Shown here one piece after another: positions 42,079 to 52,365 of a DNA stretch of 64,000 bases (within the stretch, counting starts at the first letter, position 1; every line of letters begins with the position of its first letter). This DNA is from Alphaproteobacteria bacterium (GTDB taxonomy: Bacteria; Pseudomonadota; Alphaproteobacteria; UBA6615). The DNA lies in NCBI GenBank assembly GCA_038131445.1, contig JAYPPL010000002.1, positions 826 through 64,825 on the forward strand, given 5' to 3'. Below the pieces are notes generated by a model. It did no database searches. It was not told the origin of the DNA and saw only the letters and a program-made list of their open reading frames with translations. The position numbers and the translations under genes are program-made.

Positions 42079-42711
42079 ATGGCCGACAAACGCGAAACGC
42101 CCGATCAGCTCCAGCATATTTCCAAGCTTCCGGTGCCCGACGTCGAGAGCGTCGATGAAGACCTGCAGAAGTACATGCGCATCTGCGAGGAGAAGCTGGG
42201 GCTCGTCCCCAACGTGATCCGCGCCTTCGCGCTGCGACCAGAGAAACTGCGCACCTTCATCGCTAAGTACAACGAGCTTATGCTGGGCGAACACGCAACG
42301 CTGACGCGCCTCGAGCGAGAGATGATCGCCGTCGTCGTGTCGTCCCACAACCACTGCGTCTATTGCATCACATCCCACAGCCAGGCGGTGCGCGAACTGT
42401 CAGACGACCCGGTGCTAGGCGACATCATAATGATCAACTACCGCGAGGCGGCCCTGACCGAGCGCCAGCGCGCGATCCTCGACTACGCCTTCAAGCTGAC
42501 CTCGAACCCGGCAGAGGTCGGCGATGCGGACCGCCAGAAGCTCTACGACGCGGGCCTGACCCATGAGCAGATCTTCGAGGTGACCGACACCACGGCATAT
42601 TTCAACTACACCAACCGGATGACCCACGGCCTCGGTATGCTCCCGAATGTCGAGTATTTCGGCATGAACCGCCTTCCCGACCCCGGCCTGCAAAAAGACG
42701 CTGCAGACTAG
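42079..42711 (+). CDS. AhpD-like / carboxymuconolactone decarboxylase family peroxidase-related protein
   Basis: LTRLEREMIAVVVSSHNHCVYCITSHS (CxxC-x-x-H core of the AhpD/CMD fold). Confidence 0.85.
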   Translation: MADKRETPDQLQHISKLPVPDVESVDEDLQKYMRICEEKLGLVPNVIRAFALRPEKLRTFIAKYNELMLGEHATLTRLEREMIAVVVSSHNHCVYCITSHSQAVRELSDDPVLGDIIMINYREAALTERQRAILDYAFKLTSNPAEVGDADRQKLYDAGLTHEQIFEVTDTTAYFNYTNRMTHGLGMLPNVEYFGMNRLPDPGLQKDAAD

Positions 42712-42712
42712 T

Positions 42713-44049
42713 TCAAACCCGCGCAAATACGCCGACTAGTTCCACATGGCCGGTCCAGAAGAACTGGTCCACCGGCGTGACGCGCTCCAGCTTGTAGCCG
42801 CCCGCCACAAGCTCCCCGAAAACGGCGATCGTTCCACATGGGGCGAAGGTACAGGCGTGGCACGCTCCAGTGTGTAGCCACCGGCCACCAGGACACGGCG
42901 TCGCGACGACGCGCGCTGCAGGAACCGACGACGCAAGATGATTTCGAGCTGTTCTGACTGGTCAGATGCCCCGGCGCGCGGCGGGTCGAACACCACCGTG
43001 TCTAAGTTTTTCAGTTCCGCCGCCAAAAGCGGACGTTTGGCCAGATCGCGTACATCCGTCGTCACCTGCCCGCCAAAACCGGCCTTGCCCGCCGCGCGGG
43101 ACAGCGCCGCCACCGCGTCCCCCGCCCCGTCGATGCCGTGGACGACCGCGCCGCCAGCCGCCAGCGGCAGGGTGAAGGTTCCTAGTCCGCAATAAAGGTC
43201 GGCGACCCGCGATCCTGAGATTGCCTCATGCACCAGTCCAGCCAGCACGGCCTCCGCCTCGGCGCTGGCCTGCAAGAAGACCCCGGCCGGTGGCTCCACG
43301 AGAATGCCAGAGACCGCCAGTACCGGCGCACGGCGCATGGCGACTGGCTCGGTACTGTCTTGCGTATGCCACGACACGCGGGCGATATCTTCCCGCTCAG
43401 CGAACTTGGCGAGGTCCATGGACGCATCCGGGCCGGGCGCATGGCCCGCACCGATGGCGATGTCGAAGCCGTTGTCGGCCAGGGTGACATGTACATCCCA
43501 GCGCGTGCCCGGCGGCACGATACCCGCCACCGCGTCACGCAACCTGGGAACCAGAGCCAGCAGCTCCGGGCGCAGAATGCGACAGTCCGCGATATCGACG
43601 ATGTGGTTGCTGGCCCGTGCGTGGAAGCCAAAATAGGTCGGCGCGCCCTTCGCGCGGGGCCGGAAAGCCGCAAAATCGGCCCGACGCCGTCCGTTCGGTG
43701 CGGTGCGGACCAACGGAGCGACGACGCCCCCCTCGAGACCGGCGCGTTCGAGCGCGGAAACAATGAGCCCCCTCTTCCACACCGCATAGGCTTCATCCGC
43801 CATATGCTGCACCCGGCAGCCGCCGCACAGCTCGAAGTGCGGACAAGGCGGCGTCAACCGGTCGAGTGACGGGGTGACGATTTCTTCCAGCTTCGCGGCA
43901 ACACCGTCGCCGCGTTTAGCGCCCGGCACCACGCGCACCGTCTCGCCCGGTAGCGCGCCGGAAACATAGACAGGCCCGCGTTCACCATGCGCAATGCCGT
44001 CGCCCAGCGGGCCGAGCCGATCGATGGTGACTGTTATGGATTCAGCCAT
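42713..44049 (-). pseudogene. RumA/TrmA-type SAM-dependent RNA (uracil-5) methyltransferase with a disrupted 3-prime end
   Basis: N-terminal TRAM-like region plus Cys cluster (CPHFELCGGC). SAM motifs VADLYCGLGTFTLPLA and VVFDPPRAGA. After DPPRAG the main frame loses family features. The expected terminus [33 protein letters not shown] is in another frame, ending at TGA 42713-42715. Span is 1337 nt = 3n+2. See findings. Confidence 0.75.
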
Positions 44050-44797
44050 CAAATACGCCCGCGATCAGGAATTCCTTGTTACCCTCCGGCCCAGTAATTG
44101 GGCTTTCGGCGATGCCGAGTGCCCGCCAGCCCGGCAGGCCGCAGAGCCAGGCCCGGATACGTTCGCAGACCGCCTCATGCAGCGCCGGGTCGCGGACCAC
44201 GCCCTTCTTGCCGACCTGCTCTCGCCCCACCTCGAACTGCGGCTTTATCAGCGCCACCAGGTGCGAACCCGGCATAGCGAAGCTCATGGGCATCGGCAGT
44301 ATCGCCTCCAGCCCGATGAAGCTGGCGTCACAGACGATCATGTTCACCGGCTCGGGGATTTTTTCCGCCGTCAGATGGCGGGCGTTGGTTTTCTCCAGCA
44401 CCACGACGCGGTCGTCGCTGCGCAGCTTCCAGGCGAACTGGCCGTGGCCCACATCTACCGCATAGACCCGCGCCGCGCCGCGCGACAGCAGCACATCGGT
44501 AAAGCCTCCAGTCGATGCCCCCACATCGATGGCGACCGCGCCTTTTGCGTCGATCCCGAATTCTATAAGCGCATGATCGAGCTTCAGCCCGCCCCGGCTG
44601 ACCCAAGGGTGGTCCTGCCCACGTACCTCCAGCGGCGCGTCCTCGCGCACCGTGTCACCCGCCTTGGCAACCCGCTGCTCACCGGTAAATACGACGCCCG
44701 CAAGGATCAGCGCCTGCGCACGCGTGCGGCTCTCGGCGAGGCCGCGCTCCACCAGCGCCAAGTCGGCACGGGTCTTCTTTGGATCGTCTTGTGTCAC
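44042..44797 (-). CDS. tlyA: TlyA family rRNA (cytidine-2-prime-O)-methyltransferase
   Basis: RADLALVERGLAESRTRAQALILAGVV (S4 domain)...WVSRGGLKLDHAL...DVGASTGGFTDVLL. Confidence 0.9.
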   Translation of the reverse strand: MTQDDPKKTRADLALVERGLAESRTRAQALILAGVVFTGEQRVAKAGDTVREDAPLEVRGQDHPWVSRGGLKLDHALIEFGIDAKGAVAIDVGASTGGFTDVLLSRGAARVYAVDVGHGQFAWKLRSDDRVVVLEKTNARHLTAEKIPEPVNMIVCDASFIGLEAILPMPMSFAMPGSHLVALIKPQFEVGREQVGKKGVVRDPALHEAVCERIRAWLCGLPGWRALGIAESPITGPEGNKEFLIAGVFDG

Positions 44798-45002
44798 AGG
44801 CCGGAGATAGCACGGAAGAAGCCCCTCTCTCTTGTTTCACAGGGGAACCGGAGATACGCGGCACCACCAGCGCCGCGGTTTGGCGTCCAGCCTCGCCCGG
44901 CTCGCTTCAGTCGCTACCCTCTCCCTAGGGTAGAGGGTTACGGCCTCAATCGTTGGCGCTAAACTCCGCCGCAACAAACGTAAACATTTGGGGGAGACAT
45001 CA

Positions 45003-45923
45003 ATGTCCGAAAAAATCGGTATCGTCGGCATGGGCCTGATGGGCCAGGCCTTCATCAAGCACCTGCGCGCCAGCCAGTTCCGCATCCAGGGCTTCGACGT
45101 GGACCACGCGCGGATGGACCAGCTCGCCGAGATGGGCGGTACCCCGGTGGACACCCCCGCCGACGCGGCGCGCGACGTTGACTGCGTGATCGTATCCCTG
45201 CCCACCAGCGACATCGCTCGTCAGGTGATCTTCGGCGAAGGCGGCATGGTCGAGGGCGCGAAGCAGGGCATGTACATTCTCGACACCACCACCGCGCGGC
45301 CGGAGGATTCCGAGAAAACGTTCGCAGAACTGAAAGAACGCGGCATCCACTACATGGATTCCGCCGTCAGCGGCACCTCCACCATGGCCCAGGCGGGCGA
45401 CCTTGTGGTGATTGCGGGGGGCGAGGCCGCGGATTTCGAGGCCTGCCGCCATTATTTCGCGGGTTTCTCGCGCGCCGCTTACCATATGGGCCCGGCGGGA
45501 TCGGGCGCGCGCACCAAGCTCATCATCAACCTGATCCTGGCGGGTAACCGCCTCGCCATGGCCGAGGGTCTCGTGCTGGGCGAAAAGGCCGGGCTGGAGG
45601 CCAACAATCTGCTCGAAGTCCTAAAGGATGGCGCCTGCGCCTCCAAGACCATGACCGACAAGGGCCCGAAGATGATCGACGCCGACTATTCTAAGCAGGG
45701 CCAGGTGAAGATCAGCCTGAAAGATTCCCGCCTGATGATGGATATGGGCCAGAAACTGGGCGCGCCGACCATGATGATCCAAGTCTATTCTCAGATAATG
45801 CAGGCCGCCTATGAGAAGGGCTACGGCGAGAAGGACACGGTCGCCTTCTACGAAATAATGCGCGGCATGGCCGGGCTGGAGGAACGCGAAGGCATCGACG
45901 ACGTTTTATTCGGTAAGCAGTAG
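45003..45923 (+). CDS. NAD(P)-dependent oxidoreductase, 3-hydroxyisobutyrate dehydrogenase family
   Basis: ATG 45003 preceded by GGGGGAG. Rossmann motif IGIVGMGLMGQAFIKHL. The rest of the sequence is typical of the beta-hydroxyacid dehydrogenase family. Confidence 0.85.
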   Translation: MSEKIGIVGMGLMGQAFIKHLRASQFRIQGFDVDHARMDQLAEMGGTPVDTPADAARDVDCVIVSLPTSDIARQVIFGEGGMVEGAKQGMYILDTTTARPEDSEKTFAELKERGIHYMDSAVSGTSTMAQAGDLVVIAGGEAADFEACRHYFAGFSRAAYHMGPAGSGARTKLIINLILAGNRLAMAEGLVLGEKAGLEANNLLEVLKDGACASKTMTDKGPKMIDADYSKQGQVKISLKDSRLMMDMGQKLGAPTMMIQVYSQIMQAAYEKGYGEKDTVAFYEIMRGMAGLEEREGIDDVLFGKQ

Positions 45924-45971
45924 TTCCTTCTGTTTCCGAACCCAAAACAAGAAAGAAGCCGAGCCAAACCC

Positions 45972-47144
45972 ATGGCTGCAATCGACACTGCCCTAAACAT
46001 CGAGGATTTGCGCCGTATGGCGAAACGTAGGCTCACCAAGGGCCTGTTCGAGTTCTGCGACCGCGGATCAGAGGACGACGTGGCGCTGCGCCACAATCGC
46101 GAGGTGCTGGAGCGCATCAAGCTGCGCTCGCGTGTGCTGAACAACACGTCGGCCCGCCACACCCGGTCGACCCTAATGGGGGCGCCCGTAGACATGCCGG
46201 TGGTGATCGGCCCGACCGGCCCTGCAGGCTTCGTCTGGTACCGGGGCGAAACGGCGCTAGCGCGCGCCGCCTCGAACGCGGGCATTCCCTTCACTGTAGC
46301 CAGCACATCCAACACGCCGATGGAGCAGATCTTCGAGAATGGCGGCGGCGGGCGGCTCTGGTATCACCTCTATGTCTGGCGGGACATGGAGGCCTCGCTC
46401 AAGGCCGTGCCACGCGCGCGCGACACCGGCTTCGAGGCGCTGGTGCTGACGGTCGATTCCACCGTGCCATACAATCGCGAGTTCGACGTGCGCAACGGGG
46501 TCACTATGCCCGTGCGCCTGACGCCCCGAAACATCGCCGACATCGTGATGCACCCGCGCTGGCTGTTCGGCACGGTGGGGCGCTACGTCATGGCCGACGG
46601 CCACCTGCCGCGCTATCACAATATCGATATGCCGAAAGAGCTCTCGGCGAAGGGCGTGCGTGATTTCCTGTTCAAGAACGACACTTTGGATTGGGAGTTT
46701 TTGAAGCGCATTAGGGACATGTGGCCGCGCAAGCTGGTGGTGAAGGGCATCCTTCACCCCGAGGATGCGGCGAAATGTGTCCAACTCGGCGCCGACTGCG
46801 TGATCGTGTCGAACCATGGCGGTATCGCCAGCGACGCGGCACTCGCGCCGATAGACGTCCTACCAGAAATCCTCCGCGAGGTCGGCGGCAAGGCCTCCGT
46901 CATCGTCGATTCCGGTTTTCGGCGGGGGTCCGATATCCTTAAAGGTCTGGCACTGGGCGCGGACGCGGTGATTGTCGGCCGGGCAACGCTTTACGGCGTG
47001 TCCGCGGGCGGGGAAGCCGGCGCCTCGCGCGCGCTCGACATCCTGCAAGCCGAGATGCGCCGCACCATGGGCGTGATGGGCCTGACCAGCATCGACCAGA
47101 TCACCCGCGACCACGTGGTCACACCCGACCAGTACCCTCTCTAA
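45972..47144 (+). CDS. FMN-dependent alpha-hydroxy acid dehydrogenase/oxidase (LldD/glycolate oxidase family)
   Basis: IEDLRRMAKRRL..., LVLTVDSTVPYNRE, VKGILHPEDA, VSNHGG, and DSGFRRGSDILKGLALGA. Confidence 0.88.
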   Translation: MAAIDTALNIEDLRRMAKRRLTKGLFEFCDRGSEDDVALRHNREVLERIKLRSRVLNNTSARHTRSTLMGAPVDMPVVIGPTGPAGFVWYRGETALARAASNAGIPFTVASTSNTPMEQIFENGGGGRLWYHLYVWRDMEASLKAVPRARDTGFEALVLTVDSTVPYNREFDVRNGVTMPVRLTPRNIADIVMHPRWLFGTVGRYVMADGHLPRYHNIDMPKELSAKGVRDFLFKNDTLDWEFLKRIRDMWPRKLVVKGILHPEDAAKCVQLGADCVIVSNHGGIASDAALAPIDVLPEILREVGGKASVIVDSGFRRGSDILKGLALGADAVIVGRATLYGVSAGGEAGASRALDILQAEMRRTMGVMGLTSIDQITRDHVVTPDQYPL

Positions 47145-47238
47145 ATCGGCGCGATCCGCAGACGCCTGCTGTCACGGGCACGATAACGCGGGCGAACTTC
47201 CAACTGATCTTCCTCGCCCGTCCGTCCGTAGACGCTGC

Positions 47239-47388
47239 ATGACACACGCAAAATCCCGCCTAGTCCACAAGACCTGCGCAACCTGCGGGCGGCCATTCGC
47301 ATGGCGGCGCAAATGGGCGCAGTGTTGGAGCGAGGTGAAGCACTGCTCCGATCGTTGCCGCCGGAACCGCAACGCCGGCCGCGCCTGA
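47239..47388 (+). CDS. DUF2256-type small zinc-ribbon protein (49 aa), below the ORF-track cut-off
   Basis: MTHAKSRLVHKTCATCGRPFAWRRKWAQCWSEVKHCSDRCRRNRNAGRA. Has a CxxC...C...C pattern. TGA at 47386-47388 sits 1 nt before the next ATG. Confidence 0.7.
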   Translation: MTHAKSRLVHKTCATCGRPFAWRRKWAQCWSEVKHCSDRCRRNRNAGRA

Positions 47389-47389
47389 G

Positions 47390-47889
47390 ATGTTCAGGCG
47401 CGTCGAGCCCATCACGCCGGAACCGGGGCAGGAATCGGTCTGGGACTATCCTCGACCGCCGCGCCTGGAAGCAGTGCGCGAATGCTTGCGTATTGTTTTC
47501 TGCGGCGAGACGATCGCGAGCACAACGGAGGGTTGCGGGTGCTGGAGACCAGCCATCCACCGGTTTACTACCTGCCGCCGGATGACTTTACCGCGCACGC
47601 GCTTGAGCCGGTAGCTGGACAGAGTTTCTGTGAATTCAAGGGCATCGCCGCCTACTGGGACGTGACTTCAGGCGACAAACGCGCAGTACGCGCGGCCTGG
47701 AGCTATCCGGACCCAGCACCGGGCTTCGCGCCGATGCGCGATTTCGTCGCTGTCTATGCGTCACAGATGGACGCCTGCTATGTCGGAAACGAACAGGTGC
47801 AGGCCCAGGAGGGTGACTTCTACGGCGGCTGGATAACGTCGAGGGTGGTCGGCCCGTTCAAGGGCGCACCGGGAACGCGCGGCTGGTAA
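47390..47889 (+). pseudogene. DUF427 domain protein, frame broken by one missing base
   Basis: N-terminus in the frame of 47390 (...ESVWDYPRPPRLEAVRECLRIVFCGETIASTTEG). The continuation is in the frame of 47482 (LRVLETSHPPVYYLPPDD...CEFKGIAAYWDV...). Span is 500 nt = 3n+2. The break is at the GGG run 47530-47532. Confidence 0.78.
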
Positions 47890-48004
47890 GAGCGTCAGAT
47901 TTGGGAAACCCAAGCCTACTCTGTTTCCACTCCGACCAACTCCTCCACACGCGCGCCGGCCAGTCCCGCCGGCGGCAGCGCCAACCCCAATACGGTTGCC
48001 CCTG

Positions 48005-49927
48005 TCAGGCGCGCTGGCCTGTTGCCTCTTCCTCGCGACCCAGCGCGCATAGCACTGTCGCCGCGATGTTCGGGGCGGTCAGGCCCGCCTGCTCATACTG
48101 TTTCGCCGAGCTGTCATGATCGATGAAGATATCCGGTAGGGTCATCGGGCGGAACCTAAGCCCGCCATCGAGTAGCCCAGCATGGGCCAGGTCGGTCATA
48201 ACCTGGGTGGCGAACCCGCCGATGGAGCCTTCCTCGACCGTCACGAGCACTTCGTGCTCGCGGGCCAGACGGTGCAAGAGATCGGTATCGAGTGGCTTGG
48301 CGAAACGGGCATCGGCCACGGTCGTGCTCAGGCCGTGCGCCGCCAGATCCTCGGCCGCGCGCAGGCATTCCTGCAGACGTCCGCCAAAGGACAGTAGCGC
48401 CACTGTGGAGCCTTCGCGCAGGATACGGCCCTTGCCAATTTCTAGCGGAATTCCTTCGAACGGCATATCGACGCCCACACCTTCACCGCGCGGATAGCGG
48501 AAGGCCGAGGGCCGGTCATCGATCTGTGCCGCCGTCGCGACCATATGGACCAGCTCCGCCTCATCCGCCGCACCCATGATGACGAAATCCGGCAGGCAGC
48601 CGAGATAGGCGACATCGAAGGAGCCGTGATGGGTCGCCCCGTCGGCGCCCACGAGCCCGGCACGGTCAATGGCAAAGCGCACGGGCAGCTTCTGGATTGC
48701 TACGTCGTGAACCACCTGGTCATAGGCGCGCTGTAGGAAGGTCGAATAGATCGCCGTAAACGGCTTGTATCCCTCCGCCGCCAGACCCGCCGCGAAGGTC
48801 ACGCCGTGCTGTTCGGCGATGCCAACATCGAAGCAACGGTCGGGGTAGGCTTCCCCGAAAATATCCAGTCCCGTCCCCGACGGCATGGCCGCCGTGATCG
48901 CGACGACCTTATCGTCCTTTTCCGCTTCCTTCACCAGCGCGTCCGCGAAGACCTTGGTGTAGCTAGGCGCGTTGGTCTTGGCCTTCAACTGCGCGCCGGT
49001 CACCACATCGAACTTCGAGACGGCGTGGTACTTCTCGTGGCCGCCCTTGTCGGATTCGAAGCCCTTGCCCTTCTGGGTGACCACATGGATCAGCACCGGG
49101 GCGTTCTGCCTGCCGTCGCGCACATTGCGCAGCACCGGCAGGAGGTGGTCGATGTTGTGACCGTCGATCGGGCCGATGTAGTAGAAGCCCATCTCCTCGA
49201 ACAGGGTGCCACCGGTCACATAACCGCGTGCGTGCTCTTCCGCGCGGCGTGCCGCGTCCTCGAAGCTCTTCGGGAATATATGCGCCATGTCCTTGGCGAC
49301 CTGGCGCAGCGAGCGGTAGCTTTTCGACGAAATTAGGCGCGACAGATAGGCGCTCATCGCCCCCACGGCGGGGGCGATGGACATGTCGTTGTCATTGAGG
49401 ATGACAACGAGGCGCGAATTCATGGAGCCGGCGTTGTTCATCGCCTCATAGGCCATGCCCGCGCTCATGGAGCCGTCGCCGATCACCGCGATCACATTGT
49501 TGTCGCCGCCCGACAGGTCACGTGCCACGGCCATGCCGAGCCCGGCGGAAATTGACGTGGAACTGTGCGCGGCCCCGAAGGGATCGTACTTGCTCTCGAC
49601 CCGGCGGGTAAAACCCGACAGGCCGCCACCCTGGCGCAGGGTGCGGATGCGGTCGCGCCGGCCGGTCAGGATCTTGTGCGGATAGGACTGGTGGCTGACG
49701 TCCCAGATCAGGCGGTCTCGCGGCGTGTCGAAGATGTGGTGGAGCGCCACCGTGAGTTCGACGACCCCCAGGCCCGCGCCCAGGTGACCACCCGTGATCG
49801 AGACGGCGGAAATTGTCTCCTCACGCAACTCCTCGGCAAGCTGCTTGAGCTGTGCGGACGTGAAATCGCGGATATCCGCGGGCACGCGGACAGTGTCGAG
49901 AAGCGGTGTCTTGCTGTCGTCGCTCAA
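48005..49927 (-). CDS. dxs: 1-deoxy-D-xylulose-5-phosphate synthase
   Basis: [16 protein letters not shown]..., [18 protein letters not shown], and [18 protein letters not shown] 49927 ([11 protein letters not shown]) follows AGGTG; the ORF-track start at 49957 is also TTG. Confidence 0.96.
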   Translation of the reverse strand: MSDDSKTPLLDTVRVPADIRDFTSAQLKQLAEELREETISAVSITGGHLGAGLGVVELTVALHHIFDTPRDRLIWDVSHQSYPHKILTGRRDRIRTLRQGGGLSGFTRRVESKYDPFGAAHSSTSISAGLGMAVARDLSGGDNNVIAVIGDGSMSAGMAYEAMNNAGSMNSRLVVILNDNDMSIAPAVGAMSAYLSRLISSKSYRSLRQVAKDMAHIFPKSFEDAARRAEEHARGYVTGGTLFEEMGFYYIGPIDGHNIDHLLPVLRNVRDGRQNAPVLIHVVTQKGKGFESDKGGHEKYHAVSKFDVVTGAQLKAKTNAPSYTKVFADALVKEAEKDDKVVAITAAMPSGTGLDIFGEAYPDRCFDVGIAEQHGVTFAAGLAAEGYKPFTAIYSTFLQRAYDQVVHDVAIQKLPVRFAIDRAGLVGADGATHHGSFDVAYLGCLPDFVIMGAADEAELVHMVATAAQIDDRPSAFRYPRGEGVGVDMPFEGIPLEIGKGRILREGSTVALLSFGGRLQECLRAAEDLAAHGLSTTVADARFAKPLDTDLLHRLAREHEVLVTVEEGSIGGFATQVMTDLAHAGLLDGGLRFRPMTLPDIFIDHDSSAKQYEQAGLTAPNIAATVLCALGREEEATGQRA

Positions 49928-49973
49928 GTTCACACCTATCGGGGGCCGGTTGCGCAACGGCCCGAAAACACAA

Positions 49974-50882
49974 TCATACCCGCCGGTCTATCAGCTGTTC
50001 GGCGGCGGCGCGCAATAAATCAGCCTTTTCCCCAAACAAATCAAGGTTTTCCACGGCGCGGCGGACGTGGTGCTTGGCCGTATCCCGGGCGCCGTCCAGC
50101 CCCTTGAGGGACACCAGCGTCGCCTTGCCTCGAGCAGTATCCTTGCCAACGGCCTTGCCGGCCTCGTCAGCGTCACCTGTCTCATCAAGGATGTCGTCGG
50201 TGATCTGGTACGCCAAACCATATTCCGCCCCGAATGCGCGCAGGCGCGCACGAGCCTCGGCGCCTGCCCCAGCTAAAAGCGCACCCGCCTCACAAGACCA
50301 GGCAAACAGGGCACCGGTCTTCATGGATTCCAGCCGATAGACCGACGCCTCGTCGGCATCCGTCCGGCTTTCAGCCTCAAGATCGAGCATCTGTCCACCC
50401 GCCATGCCACCCGGCCCGCCCGCGCGGGCAAGCCCGAGCGCGAGTTCCGCGCGCACATTGCCGTCCGGATGGGTGGCAGGATCGGCCAGAACCTCAAAGG
50501 CTAGCGTCAACAAAGCGTCGCCCGCGAGGATGGCCGTCGACTCATCGTAGCGCCGGTGCAGCGTGGGCTGCCCCCGGCGCAGATCATCGTCATCCATGGC
50601 CGGCAGGTCGTCATGCACCAGGGAGTAGGCGTGCATCATCTCAATGGCCGCCGCGACACGCAGCGCCTGCCCCCGCACACCTCCGCAAACATTCGATGCC
50701 GATACCACAAGAAAAGGACGCAGGCGCTTGCCGCCACCCAGCGCGGCATACCGCATGGCATCCCACAGGCGCGGCACACGGTCCGGCCCGCCCGCGAGCA
50801 CCGCATCGAGCACACGCTCTAACTCTGCGGCCGCGGCAGTCAGCGCATTCGTAAACTCGTTTGCGAAGCGGGCATCACTCAT
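49974..50882 (-). CDS. ispA: farnesyl diphosphate synthase (polyprenyl synthetase family)
   Basis: Has [17 protein letters not shown] and the second Asp-rich motif region (QITDDILD). Lies in the classical xseB-ispA-dxs order. Confidence 0.93.
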   Translation of the reverse strand: MSDARFANEFTNALTAAAAELERVLDAVLAGGPDRVPRLWDAMRYAALGGGKRLRPFLVVSASNVCGGVRGQALRVAAAIEMMHAYSLVHDDLPAMDDDDLRRGQPTLHRRYDESTAILAGDALLTLAFEVLADPATHPDGNVRAELALGLARAGGPGGMAGGQMLDLEAESRTDADEASVYRLESMKTGALFAWSCEAGALLAGAGAEARARLRAFGAEYGLAYQITDDILDETGDADEAGKAVGKDTARGKATLVSLKGLDGARDTAKHHVRRAVENLDLFGEKADLLRAAAEQLIDRRV

Positions 50883-50912
50883 GGTCTGAACCGGCGAATG
50901 CGCGGGGAAAGG

Positions 50913-51176
50913 CTAGCCTACGTCGGCAGGCACAGTTTCCGGTTTGCCGTCGGGGCCGAGCGAAATCTTCTCCACCCGTGCCTGGGCCTGGCGCAGCTTG
51001 GTCTCGCAGTGGCGCTTCAACGCCGCGCCGCGCTCATAGGCCGCGATCGCATCGTCAAGTGCGCTATCGCCGCCCTCGAGATTGCGCACGATGTCCTCAA
51101 GCTGCGCAAGCGCATCCTCGAAGGACAGCTTGGCGATATCGGACGGGATGTGGCCCGCGTTCTCGTCGTCAGCCAT
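50913..51176 (-). CDS. xseB: exodeoxyribonuclease VII small subunit
   Basis: ATG 51176. [45 protein letters not shown]. Confidence 0.9.
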   Translation of the reverse strand: MADDENAGHIPSDIAKLSFEDALAQLEDIVRNLEGGDSALDDAIAAYERGAALKRHCETKLRQAQARVEKISLGPDGKPETVPADVG

Positions 51177-51266
51177 GTTCGTTCCTTTCCTGTCGGCGCA
51201 ACCTGGAACGCCCTGTCTATCGACGAGGCCCGGAAGCGTCAAACGCCGCTTCGGGACAACCCGCCG

Positions 51267-52193
51267 TCAATCCATCATCACCCGCACATGGGCAGCGGTA
51301 CATTCCCCGAGCGCCTGAAGATCGTAGCCGCCTTCGAGGGTTGAAATGAGGCGTCCGGCGCAAGAATTCTCGGCAATCTTGCGAATTTCTTCCGTCGCCC
51401 AGATAAAATCTTCCGTCTCCAGCGCCAGCTGCGCCAGCGGATCGCGCCGGTGAGCGTCGAACCCGGCGGAGATCATCACGAGGTCCGGCGAGAATGCGGC
51501 CATGCGCGGCAGCACGATGCTCTCCATCGCCTCGCGAAAGGCGTCCGAATCGGCACCCGGCCAGAGCGGCGCGTTGACGATGTTGTCATGTGCGCCGCGC
51601 TCCGACTTGTCACCTGTGCCCGGATAGAGCGGCCACTGGTGGGTCGAAGCGTAGAACATATCCGGATCGTTCCAGAACATAGCCTGGGTGCCGTTGCCGT
51701 GGTGGACGTCGAAATCCATAACCGCCACGCGCTCTGCCCCGTGCACCGCGCGCGCATGTTCCGCGCCGACCGCCACATTATTGAACAGACAGAACCCCAT
51801 GCCCTGCTCCGGCTCGGCGTGGTGACCGGGCGGGCGGATGGCGCAGAAGGCGTTGTCGGCCTCGCCGGTCATCACGGCATCGACGGCTCCGATCAGCGCG
51901 CCCGCCGCGCGCAGCGCGGCCTCTCCGGACTTCGGCGAAACGATGGTGTCGGCATCGACGCGGGCATATCCCTCGGCGGGAATATTCGCCAACACCCGAT
52001 TGACATAGTCTTTCGGATGCGCGCGCGCGACCTGGCTCCGTTCCGCCAGTTCCGGCGCACGGCGGTCCAGCGCCGCGAAGGCCTCGCCCTCGAGAACCCG
52101 GTCGATCATCCGCAACCGGTCCGGTGATTCTGGATGCTGGGGACCCGGTTCGTGCTCGATACAGACTGGATGGAAATAGTAGCGCGTGGTCAT
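51267..52193 (-). CDS. histone deacetylase family protein (acetoin utilisation / acetylpolyamine amidohydrolase-like)
   Basis: ATG 52193 (MTTRYYFHP...). AIRPPGHHAE, DFDVHHGNGTQ, and EGGY. The upstream part of ORF 51267..52943 is antisense to the adaptor gene. Confidence 0.9.
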   Translation of the reverse strand: MTTRYYFHPVCIEHEPGPQHPESPDRLRMIDRVLEGEAFAALDRRAPELAERSQVARAHPKDYVNRVLANIPAEGYARVDADTIVSPKSGEAALRAAGALIGAVDAVMTGEADNAFCAIRPPGHHAEPEQGMGFCLFNNVAVGAEHARAVHGAERVAVMDFDVHHGNGTQAMFWNDPDMFYASTHQWPLYPGTGDKSERGAHDNIVNAPLWPGADSDAFREAMESIVLPRMAAFSPDLVMISAGFDAHRRDPLAQLALETEDFIWATEEIRKIAENSCAGRLISTLEGGYDLQALGECTAAHVRVMMD

Positions 52194-52365
52194 CTTGCTC
52201 TCTCTCCGCGAACCCATACGATACGGACGCCGGGCAATATAACTCACGCACCGGTCCGTTGCTCGCAGAACAGCGTATGAACGTTGACAAAAAATCAAAA
52301 CGGGCGTGTTGTCTCGACCGCTCGGGCCGCGGTGTGCGCGGCCGTTCACGCAGGAGAGTTGTTCC

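Noticed and set aside
42815-42894. Alternative-frame reading [19 protein letters not shown] as a degenerate version of the SCNPxTFARD catalytic motif
   Set aside because: The same nucleotides align far better, with third-position-biased differences, to the gene's own terminal segment in the other frame. The motif resemblance is therefore probably coincidental. This is left as an open question in the finding.
52270-52300. TTGACA hexamer (52283-52288) as the -35 element of the efflux operon promoter
   Set aside because: There is no acceptable -10 element at 16-18 nt spacing. A single hexamer match is not sufficient.
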